DNA of 63,968 bases, filler included, from Choristocarpus tenellus KU-1152 (lineage: Eukaryota > Protista > Phaeophyceae), in the NCBI GenBank assembly GCA_964200185.2. It is 13 parts of 13 records of this genome, joined end to end, with 100 filler letters (N's around TTAATTAATTAA, not from the genome) between each part and the next. Parts side by side here need not be neighbours in the genome. Positions count along the whole stretch, not along the records: positions 53,461 to 57,764 come from CAXNAD020015206.1; positions 57,865 to 61,357 come from CAXNAD020019652.1; positions 61,458 to 63,968 come from CAXNAD020027196.1; 10 more parts are not named here. One strand, given 5' to 3'. Of the stretch, positions 53,984 to 63,968 are shown one piece after another (within the stretch, counting starts at the first letter, position 1; every line of letters begins with the position of its first letter). The notes beneath the pieces were generated by a model. It worked only from the letters and a program-made list of their open reading frames with translations, was not told the DNA's origin and ran no database searches. Both the position numbers and the translations under genes were made by a program.

Positions 53984-54241
53984 GAGTGAAAGTATCTTAG
54001 AGGATACAAATTTTGCCCTGTTTGTCCATTTGGGGCTTGGCTTCCTACGGGTCTCTTACGAAATTTTCCTGCTCCAAAATGTTTTGGAGTAGGTAAAATG
54101 TGTATGTTCTGAGAAGGTGTGTTCGGAACAAGGATATTGACATTTCCCAACAAACACAATAGTCAAAATTAAATCAAAATCGCACCATTGGACTTTGACC
54201 CCCAAAAGGACGCGGCTCCACCCTCTAAGATAATTTGACTC
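53984..54241. mobile_element. MITE family B
   Basis: GAGTGAAAGTATCTTAGAGG ... CCCTCTAAGATAATTTGACTC; AGA on both flanks. Confidence 0.9.
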
Positions 54242-54759
54242 AGAAGAGGCTAAGGGCAACACCTACTGACCTTTTTTGGCAGTCACACTATCCAAATTGT
54301 TGCCAGAATCCAAAACGATGGTCTGATAGCTACCCAGGTGTAAAGAAGGTATGCAATCAACCACATACAAACAAGACCATGTCACTGCCACAAAGGAGTA
54401 TCAGCATATAGTTACTCCTACGCCTCATCCTTAACACTGAAGGTCACAACAAAAATTGCTGCCTAAGTATAACATGCCCCTTCCTCTCCCTGGTGTCTTT
54501 CCTTCTAGGTTCTCGGTACTGGTGATCAGGTTCCAAAGCAAGTGGAAATGATCATGTCCTTTATTTGGGGGTGCATGCAGAGGGCATTGGTGCAGGTGAC
54601 TTCTCCTTTTTCACAACCCTGTTTCGCCAAACCCATTGCCCTCCTACTAAAGCTATGGATATAATGATACTTCATAGCAACCAATGATCGGCTATTATTT
54701 TACATTTGTACGCAGAAGCTCAACAGCAAGCTGGAGGTGGATTTGAGTTACAGACTTGA

Positions 54760-55016
54760 GAGTGAAAGTACCTTAGAGGGTTCGAGTTTTTCCCTGTTTG
54801 TCCATTTGGGGCTCGGCTTCCCACGGGCTTTTAGTGACATTTTACCTACTCCAAAAAGTTTAGGAGTAGGTAAAATGTATGTTATGAAAAGGTGTCTCCG
54901 GAACAAGGATATTGACATCACCTAACAAACATGATAGCTAAAATTTTATCAAAATTGCAACGTTGGATTTTTGACCCCAAATGGACGCGACTCTACCCTC
55001 TAAGATAATTTTACTC
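54760..55016. mobile_element. MITE family B
   Basis: Full TIRs; perfect TSD TTGA. Confidence 0.92.
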
Positions 55017-55351
55017 TTGAGCGTGAGAAACTTAGAGGAATCGGTCCACGAAAGCCTCAGTCTTGCAAGCAGTGGAGGAATTAGCAAAGTCAACCTTCTG
55101 GTTCTGAATTCCATCAAACCCAGTTCAGAAGCTACGCTATGATATTCTCTTGGTTGAACCTCAACATTGCCCGACCTCACTTCTTAGTACTCCATTAGGC
55201 AGTGACTAAGTGCATGTGTTGTATTTCTCATAAGTCATCCCTCATCATTACTCACCCACTTCACTCCTCCTTCCTCTCTACATTCCACTTCTTCTGCTAC
55301 AATACCCGATTGTTTCATTATTCCCTCTTAATTTCCCCATTATTGTACAAG

Positions 55352-57297
55352 ATCTCAAGGGATGACCCGGGACACCATTCTACCAAAGGGAGAGTCGGTC
55401 TGGTTCTAGAATGTCTTCAGTTTCTACGTTTCTTGCTCTCAAGCCAGGTTAGTAAGATTGGGAAAGAGTAATGGGGAGCGCAGCAGAGGTGGCTAGAGGA
55501 AGGAAGAGGACAAAAAGCATGACAGTATTAATTGAAGGATCATTGTCAAGATTAGGGGAAGGGGCAATGATATGAAGAGCAAGAGTGAAGAGCAAAGTGG
55601 AACCGAAAAACGCCTGTATCTCAAAGCGATGCAGTTTTACTTATTCACCCTGCAACTCCCCAACCATTTTAGTTTTGGCATGAATATAAGCAGGGCACAA
55701 GAGGAGCGGCATCGTTGAGAGACAAAGGTTAAAGATGAGCGAAAGTATCTTAGAGGGTACGATTTTTGCCCTTTTTGTCCATTTGGGGCTTGACTTCCCC
55801 TGGTGTTTTCATGATATTTTACCTACTCCGAAATATTTCGTAGTAGGTAAAATGTGTATGTTATGAAAAGGTGTGTCTAGAACATGGGTATTGACACTTC
55901 CTAACAAACACAACAGTCAAAATTATGTCAAAATCGCAATATCGGATTTGATCCCCAAATGGACACGGCTCTACCCTCTAAGATACTTTGGCTCAGATGG
56001 AAGTGCTGTGGATGAGACATAAGGGAGAAGCTATAGAGAGGGTGTGACTGGAGATTATATTGAGGCAGGGGAGTGGGTTGGTGACTGCTGAAAGACACCA
56101 TCAATTGGAAGTCTCTTTCACATAAAGCTTACTTGTATTAGTAGTGCCCTATTTTTCCGATCTCTGTTGTCACTGGTGGCATAGTGGACAATTTATCATG
56201 GTGCAGTGTGAAAGCATCTAAGTGGGGGGGTCGATTGTGGTCCTTGCAAGTTCAAGGCCTTCTTTTAACTTCGTGCAACATGCACCATGCCCACATACCT
56301 GAAATCCAGTAAACCCTCTTATTAGGGCATGCCCATAGAAGAATAGATTGGCTGTAAACACATTCGACCCAAAGTATCTGGGGGGGAGGGGGAGCTACAT
56401 CAGTGTGTCCATTTGGACAAAACCAGGAAAAGTGCACTTACTTTATCCATCCGACATATGCAACCAAATCACCCCAAAATCGCGACATGAACAAATTGAC
56501 CCCAAATGGACAGCTGCTACCTCCGCCCAAATACTTTGAGCCTTCCACAGTGCTCAAAATATATGTCCAACACAAGGCAGTCATGGCCCCCCTAGTACTC
56601 AATGATAACCCCATAGGGGGTGGTATCTGAGTGAAAGTATCTTAGAGGGTACGGATTTTGGCCTGTTTGTCTGTTTGGGGCTTGGCTTCACACAGGTTTT
56701 AGTGACATTTTACCTACTCCAAAATGTTTCGGGTAGGTAAAATGTATACATTATGGAAAGGTGTGTCTGGAACAAGGATATTGACATCTCCTAACAGACA
56801 CGATAGCCAAGATTACATAAAAAATGCAACATTGGATTTTGAACCCCAGACAGACGCGTCTCCACTCTAAGATACTTTGACTTATTACTCATAATCACAA
56901 CACTCCTCCAGCTTGCAAATCCTGCCCCGAATTTGCACCAGCCCTCCGAAGTTCTAGCCATACTCTGCACCCCACACTCCACTTTTCGACACATGTATCC
57001 ACTGTTGACCCCACTGACAACCCGATCAAATTACCACATCCTACCCCATCCCATCCCATCCCGCAATGTCTTCTTGGACAGTCCAGAGCAGCAATTCGCC
57101 TCGTCCACTGCCCTGTACACCATGCTCTGGCTCTCGAGGCAGCTAGTGCTGCTGGATTACCCTTAGACAGGGAGAGGGGCATAGTGGGAGAGAGAACTAA
57201 TCAATCTTCAGCTGAAGGGTGTGGGGAGAAGAGTCAAGAATCCGAGCAAAGAAAGGGCTCCACTGTAGATCTTGCTCGTTCCCATACCGGACTGGAG
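55352..57297 (+). CDS. Hypothetical protein, two internal exons (55352-55447, 57082-57297)
   Basis: Open phase-0 exons with AG acceptors and GTTAGT/GTACGT donors: ISRDDPGHHSTKGRVGLVLECLQFLRFLLSSQ-SRAAIRLVHCPVHHALALEAA..; no family recognised. Confidence 0.45.
55737..55994. mobile_element. MITE family B
   Basis: Full TIRs; perfect TSD AGAT. Confidence 0.93.
56366..56542. mobile_element. MITE family A
   Basis: GACCCAAAGTATCTGGGG ... ATACTTTGAGCC; TTC on both flanks. Confidence 0.9.
56629..56883. mobile_element. MITE family B
   Basis: GAGTGAAAGTATCTTAGAGGGTACG ... CTCTAAGATACTTTGAC. Confidence 0.9.
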
Positions 57298-57645
57298 GTA
57301 CGTGGGAAAGGAGATATGACTGAAAGGTGGGATTAAATTAAGGAAAATGTACTGCATTTCAACAGAGGAGAGGTTGGTCAGCAAGCAGTGGGATGACAGA
57401 ACCCAGTGCACCAGAAGCAAAACATAAACAACAGAATTGCAGGTAGCGCAGGTAGCTATTGTAGTGCAGTTGTAGCACCTCCAATGGCAGGTCAGGCATG
57501 TCCAGGCTGGAGGGAGGCAATTACTATCATCATCAATATGACGAATAATATAATGACTTCAAAGCACAAAGTGGTTTAAAATACAGATAGGATGTGAGCT
57601 TTGATGCGAAAAGGGATAAGCTCAGGTTTAGAAGTGACTTGAGGT

Positions 57646-57764
57646 GACCCAAAGTATCTGGGGGGGGGGGGCGTCTATACCGGGGTGTCCATTTGGGTGA
57701 AAATAAGGAAAAGTGCACTTGCATTATCCATACAACGTATGCAACCAAATCACCAAAAAATGCG
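57646..57764. mobile_element. MITE family A, truncated by contig break
   Basis: GACCCAAAGTATCTGGGG..GTGTCCATTTGGG. Confidence 0.88.
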
Positions 57765-58104
57765 NNNNNNNNNNNNNNNNNNNNNNNNNNNNNNNNNNNN
57801 NNNNNNNNTTAATTAATTAANNNNNNNNNNNNNNNNNNNNNNNNNNNNNNNNNNNNNNNNNNNNGTGGAGCCAGTCGGTGAGAAGGGGGTGGGGGGGGGG
57901 GGGAGAATGGAGGGTTAGGTGCACTAGCGAGATATGTTGGGATTATTTGGGACTTGGTCTTTGTTAGCTGCTTAGCTTTGTTTATCCATCAAATATGCAG
58001 GACTGATTTGGTAGGGTTAGGGTTGTTTTGGTTCTTTCTGAGTTGACTAGTTGTAACCCATTGGAATAAGGTTAGGGTTAGGGTTAGTCATTGGTATGGT
58101 ACAT

Positions 58105-58260
58105 TGATGTATTATTAGGTGAATTTTTACTAGTGATGTATTATTAGTGATGTATTATTAGGTGAATTTTTACTAGTGATGTATCATTAGTGATGTAGTA
58201 TTATTATTATTATTTATTAGTGATGTATTATTAGTGATTTATTATTATTTATTAGTGAAT
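58105..58260 (+). repeat. AT-rich TAGTGATGTATTAT minisatellite
   Basis: Read directly. Confidence 0.8.
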
Positions 58261-58996
58261 TTGCTACTGTGTGTGTAGTTTTGATGACAGGCCGTGAAAG
58301 GATTTTGATGATAGTAACCCAAGACCTGTAGAGGCGTCTATCAATTGAATCATACATGTAGTATGTAGAGTTGATGCTAAAGAGTAAAGAGTAGAGAGTA
58401 GGATTGTCAAGTCGAGTCTCTCTCGTGTGTGTGTGATGAGAGGGGAGTTGCTAGAGAGTTGCTTTGACAGCGCTAGTTCTCGAGACGATTGTCAATCCCC
58501 CTTCTCACATCACTTTAGACCCCTGTTGATGTGTTCCCCTTCTGATACCACCCCCACTGCCCCACTGTCATTCTCTAGGGATAGGATTAGGATTAGGGTT
58601 AGGGTTCTATTGCAGTGACTGCTACCCCATTTGAATGTCACCCTTTGTGTCCTGATATCTGGGAAACCAACACCTTCCTTGTCCAGTGTCTTTTTCTCTT
58701 TTTGTTCATTTTCTTTGAAATTTCTTTGAAATTTCTTCCTGCGACCCGGTGGTCACTGAGTCAGTTGCGCCATTCTCATGCCTGCGGACGAGCTTGACTG
58801 TTAACTATTCTCATGCTTGCGTGTGAACTGCACCCCCTTGTTGAATCGTGTGATGTTCTCTTTCTCCCTCTCTCTCTCTCTCTCTCTCTCTGGAGGTTAG
58901 GGTTAGGGTTAGGGTTGATGTTCGCATGCGCTTTTTTCATGAATGACCTACACTTGGGTGACTTGCATTTGTTTTATACTTGATGAAGGAAAAAAA

Positions 58997-59030
<34 letters not shown>

Positions 59031-60949
59031 TTTTCCCAAAGATTGTGCGTATTTATTTTGGTAGGCGTTATTTATGTCTTCGCACACGCACGCATCCATG
59101 CATGCACACGTGTGTTTGTACACCATAGTGTATAAAGGTTGAAGTGTATTTATTGTATATTGAGAGAGAGTACTGTAGTACACCATGATGTAGCTGAAGT
59201 TATAGGGGCCCGTTTCACCTCCTGGTGGTACACAAAACAATTGCACTCGACAGACAACCTCCGAATCTTTTTAATCTTTTTGTAAAGGTTCATGGCATTC
59301 ATTTAATGTTTTGTGCACTTGAGAGGGTGTGGCGGAGTCTGTTCAAGGCTCATGCGGTTGGTTTGCAGAGACAGATTGTCCTTGTCAATGCCATTGTCAA
59401 TGCCACCCCCTCTCCCGAGTGCCATCTTCTTTTGAACAAAGTAGAAACTGTTATTCCCCTCCCCCACCCTCTCATCTCCTTTTTTTTGCTCCCTGCGTGT
59501 TCAACTAACTACCTTCACGCAACTCATTCGTCCTCTGTTTTTGTTGGGGGGGGGGGGGGGNNNNNNNNNNCCCCGCGTTTTCACACCCCCCCCCCTCCCC
59601 CCCTCTCTTGCCCCCTTGTTTTGTGGGGGGGGGGGGGGGGGGGGGGTTGCAGAGGTGGAATCTTTGTCGACGGAAAGTATTCCCATCCCCCCGGATTCAA
59701 AGGATTCAAAGGACAAGCCGTTTGTCTTAGATGACCAGGAGGCCAATGGTAGGGATGGCGTGTTGGGGGGGGAGGGGGATGTTGTTGAGGTGGCATCAGA
59801 GGCGGAGTTGGAGGTGAAGGTGAAGGTGAAGGTGGAAGAGGAGGAGGAGGAGGAGGAGAAGGAGGAGGAAGGGGAGGAGGAGGTTAGTGTATGTGTTACT
59901 GGATTGAATAGGATTGGGCTGGGGTGGACTGGACTTAGGGTTAGGGTTAGACTGGGCTGGCTTGCAGGTTCTCGAGTTGTGTTGATTATTATTATTTTTA
60001 CTACTGGTATTGGTATTAGTATTAGTATTACCGTTGTTTTTATTATTATTTGTAGTATTATTAGAATTAGTATTAGTATTATTACTATTGTTTTATTATT
60101 ATTTGTAGTATTATTTTTACTACTGTTATTGTTATTATTACTACTTATACTATTATTTGATTTCTATCTTTCTTTTATTTAGTATCGATGGATGCAGTAA
60201 AAGTAGTAAAATATATCGTTTGTTTGATGTGATTGGATTGATGTGTTTGGATACAAATGCAAGGGGGAGTTACATTGGTGAAAAAAAAAATGGTTCACTA
60301 CAAAAATGTGGAATAATATTGAATATATATATTATGTATATGTGTGTGTGTTTGAATAATGATAATGTAGTTGTGTCTTTTTTTGCAGTGATTAAAAAAA
60401 ATGAAAAATATATATAAATAAAATCAAATAAATATATATATATAAAAAAATATAGGACCATTTAGAACTAGTCAGAATATATAAAATAAAATCTGAGATA
60501 AGGTAGTCTCCCGGACTTCTTAAATTCAGATCATTATTTAGATTTTACTATGGTTACAATAATAATAATTCAGAAGGTTTTAATTTATAGATGGATTATA
60601 ATCGATTCAGCACTTCTCATTGGTTCATTTTATTTTTTGAATTTTGCCAAGCTGACCAAACAGCTCAAAGTGGTTCTCTTCAGTTTTGGGGGAAGTTCAG
60701 GGGGAAGTTCAAATACAATCAACCAACGAGGAGAGGATGAATCAGTTACTATTTATCTTTATCGAAACCCCTCCCCATTTGGTATATCTTTGCTGTCATC
60801 ACATGAGTTACAAAGGTCTTGAAAAAATATATATATTTCCTCTGTTAGGACTGGCAAAAAATAACGTAATTTTTTTTAAATGTCAAAACCCAGAATCATT
60901 GTTTATTTTGATTTTTTACATTATATGGTTAGGGTTAGGGTTAGGGTTA

Positions 60950-61200
60950 GATCCAAAGCATTTAAGAGGGTAGGGATTTTGCCCTGTTTTGACAGGGGGG
61001 GGGTTTTATGCCCCTTTTTATAATTTTTATGTTTGAATACAGTATTCCTTAAAAAGGTACACGACTGTGAAAGGTATGTCCGGAGCAAAGGATAATTGAC
61101 AATTCCTAACAAACACAATAGCCAAAATTACATCAAAATCGCAACATCATATGGATTCATGACCCCAAACAGATGGGACACAGCCCTGACCTCTTTAATG
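60950..61200. mobile_element. MITE family B (degenerate), directly preceded by (TTAGGG)3
   Basis: CCAAAGCATTTAAGAGGGTAGGGATTTTGCCCTGTTT..CAAACACAATAGCCAAAATTACATCAAAATCGC. Confidence 0.75.
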
Positions 61201-61826
61201 GTTTGGGTCATAGGGTTAGGGTTGCCATGACAAGGCATGCACATGTGTGGTGGTTCTAAGTACCTGGGGGAGGGGGGGGGGGGAGTTGCGGTTCTTTAGT
61301 GGGCCTTTTTTTTTTGAGTGCCGTTATTTTTTTTTTATTAAATTTGGAAGGGTAACCNNNNNNNNNNNNNNNNNNNNNNNNNNNNNNNNNNNNNNNNNNN
61401 NTTAATTAATTAANNNNNNNNNNNNNNNNNNNNNNNNNNNNNNNNNNNNNNNNNNNNCTATTTTGCACAACAATGTTTGGGTTAGGGGCCGTGACTAGGG
61501 GGTCATACAACGCTAATACATGCTATGTGAATGGACGAAAGCTGCAACATCCGCCAAAGGCGCTAGATCATGATGGTGTGTTTGCGATATTGGTCATTCA
61601 GAAAGGCTTCAGTGTAGGTTGCACGAGGGGTCAAAATTTCTTGTATGGGGACTCACCTTCTGGTTCCCTTTGGAGGCATGTCGGCATTCGGTGGTTGGAC
61701 TAAGCCTCTCAGTTTATTGCGGGATGTCTGCATCGGGTGGGCACGTTTGAAATGGGACAGGAGAAACAAATAAAAGGAGAGAGAGAGAATTTTTTGCACA
61801 TCGAGTCAGGCCCAGAGAGGATGGCA

Positions 61827-62207
61827 TGTCGCGGTCGGTTCACATCATCTTTGAGCCGTACGTACGTGATCACCTTGCACGAAGAGGATGTCCTGTCGTC
61901 TCTTTACCTTCCGACACGCCCAGTGTTTAGCGTTACATACAGCGCACAGGAATCGTTAAAAAGCTTGGCGCACGTACGGCTCGTCGCCGGAAGCTAGCAG
62001 ATGAATTACATGGTAAAGCACACACTGAATTATTCATTGCCCGTCAACCATCCATCATCACTGACTTGTGGATAAATGTTGACTTATTATATTTTATATA
62101 CGTACGTACTTTGTATCATACCTAACCAATTATAAACGTACGTATAATCTATGTTATATACTTGTGTCAGCACAAACAACGTAAGGATAACACTAGGTTA
62201 TTCGACA
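61827..62207 (-). mobile_element. 3' LTR of Copia element
   Basis: Begins TGTCGAATAACC right after polypurine tract AAGGGGAGGA (62208-62217). Candidate CGACA end at 61827, alternative at 61679. Confidence 0.6.
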
Positions 62208-63873
62208 TCCTCCCCTTGCTGAAAACAAGTATTAACTCTCAAACAATCACAACAACAAAAATAAAACACACATGTTGTCTAAAAACTCGAACTGGCAAAT
62301 TCTTGGTCAAGACATCTGCCCTCTGGTTTGCAGTACCAACAAAACCAACACGAATCTCTCCTTTTCTAGACAAATCCCTCCAAAATTGATGTCGAATATC
62401 AATGTGCTTTGTTCTTGTAGAGCTTGTGGCATTTCGTACTAGTTTGCCTGCACCATCGTTATCCTCAAACAAGTCAATGCAACGCCTAGGCAACTGTGGC
62501 TGAATAAACTCAAAAACACTTCTCAAGAAAAATAATTCCTGTTCCACACTACTAAGTGCTATGTATTCACTCTCTGTGGAAGACAGAGCTACAACTCTTT
62601 GCACCTTTGACATCTAAGATATTGCTCCTCCTTCAAACATAACTGCTCCTCCAGTCACTGATCTACGATCATTCCAGTCTCCAGCATAACTAGCATCAGC
62701 ATACGTACTCAACTCACACTCAGTACTAAAACCACCAAAACTCAATCCAACACTGGGAAACGTATTCAAATATGCTAAAATACATTTCACTGCACGCCAA
62801 TGTGTGACTTTAGGATTGCTACTGTACTTGGCAACTTCACGAACTGCATTTGCAATATCAAACCTAGTCATAACAGATGCCCACATCAAACTACCAACTG
62901 CCTTTCTGTACGGTGTATTTTCATCAACACTTGGATCATTCTCACTCTTATCTAGAGTCCTTGAGAGATCATGGGGTACCGACCTCTTCTTTGCCCCATC
63001 CATACCAAATCTTTGACAGACACTCTTAATGTACCTAGTCTGACTGATGGTGACAGTCTGTGCATTTCTGTCACATGAAATCTCACAACCCATATAATAC
63101 TCAAGATCACCAAAGTCTTCTATGGAAAACTGCTCTTTAATCCTAGAGCGAACCCAAATCAAAACATCAATTTTACCAGCTACCAAAAGATCATCTACAT
63201 GGGGGGCTATCACAGCACAAACAACGCCATCTCTTATATAGCGTAACACACAAGGGTCTGCTCAGCATTGCTCAAAACCACACTTTTCCAAACGTGCACC
63301 CCAACAGATTATTAAACTCTCTGCTTGCCTGTTTGGTGCCATAAAGTGCCTTGATCAAACGCACAATCTTTCCAGACCATTTACCACAACCATCACACAA
63401 AAGTACAAAACTCTCTTAACTAATATCAGCTTGTATGAAAGCTTGTTTTACATCCCAATGCTTTAATTCCCAATCTCCGTCTGCAGCTAAAGCTAATACC
63501 ATTTTCAAAGATGCAGGGGACGGTGTTGGTGCAAAGGTATCTTGGTAATTTTAACCCTCAATCTGTCGAAAACCTTTTGCTAACAATCGTGCCTTGTATA
63601 TAACTACCTCACCAAATTTGTTAGTCTTACGCTTGTGAATCCATTTAGTGTCTATTGCTCTGAATTCAGGGGGTAATACTGCCTCTACGCAAACATTGTT
63701 CAACAACAAACCAGACATATCTTCAGCTCTAGCTCGATCCCATAAATCACATTCGGGAGAGCTACGTGCTGCTCTTACAGTCTTTGGTTCTGGAGGAAGC
63801 TCATTCGCTAACACTCTAATAGAATCATCACTCGCACACATCACAAGAGTAGTCTCTATGGAAACAGACAAGA
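62208..63873 (-). mobile_element. Ty1/Copia LTR retrotransposon, decayed RT-RNase H region
   Basis: EPKT..W..A..E, TKW..K.K, YKARLLAKGF.Q, WDVKQAF, LIKALYGTKQA, HVDDLL, YRKAVGSLMW, YADASY..DRRSVTG, SSTESEY, EDN, KHIDIR, ADVLTK; in-frame stops and frameshifts. Confidence 0.93.
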
Positions 63874-63968
63874 GCGCCAAAGTATCTTAGAGGGTAGGGC
63901 CACGTCCATTTGGGGCCAAAATCCAATGACCCAAAGTATCTGGGGGGGGAGGGGGGTCTACACAGATC
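63874..63968. mobile_element. MITE B end (63874-63927) interrupted by MITE A (from 63928), inserted in the Copia element
   Basis: GCGCCAAAGTATCTTAGAGGGTA..GTCCATTTGGGG..CAAT followed by GACCCAAAGTATCTGGGG. Confidence 0.85.

Noticed and set aside
29933-57764. Orientation bias of MITE B relative to host transcription
   Set aside because: The sample is small, counter-examples exist (21940, 34102), and the host gene models are uncertain.
738-63968. Recurring repeats as a CRISPR-like or regularly spaced array
   Set aside because: Copies are dispersed and irregularly spaced, with TIRs and TSDs, so they are MITEs; there are no cas-like ORFs.

Overview
Eukaryotic nuclear DNA, intron-rich and repeat-dense. 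It is most likely a photosynthetic stramenopile (brown-algal lineage or relative), inferred from a bipartite plastid-targeting N-terminus, introns of about 0.2-1.9 kb with short exons, and abundant TTAGGG tracts. The window is not contiguous: 13 contigs are joined by artificial N-TTAATTAATTAA-N linkers, so adjacency across gaps means nothing. Exons reconstructed by hand give partial genes for uroporphyrinogen-III C-methyltransferase, a phospholipid scramblase, mitochondrial Tim44 (with a GC-AG intron), AP-1 gamma adaptin, plastid-targeted acetylornithine aminotransferase, an RBM28/Nop4-like RRM protein and two unknown proteins, plus a tRNA-Pro(TGG). Mobile DNA includes a decayed PIF/Harbinger transposase with two short introns, a decayed Ty1/Copia element with PPT and 3' LTR, and a 300-bp TGT..ACA insertion whose empty site is also in the window. 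The most striking signal is about 30 copies of three MITE families (A, B, C). They have different internal sequences but share the terminal motif GRNNNAAAGTA, make 4-bp (sometimes apparently 3-bp) TSDs, and nest inside each other. Short interstitial TTAGGG tracts occur throughout, and in one MITE copy they replace the TIR sequence itself. No prokaryote-type novel system (CRISPR or similar) is supported.
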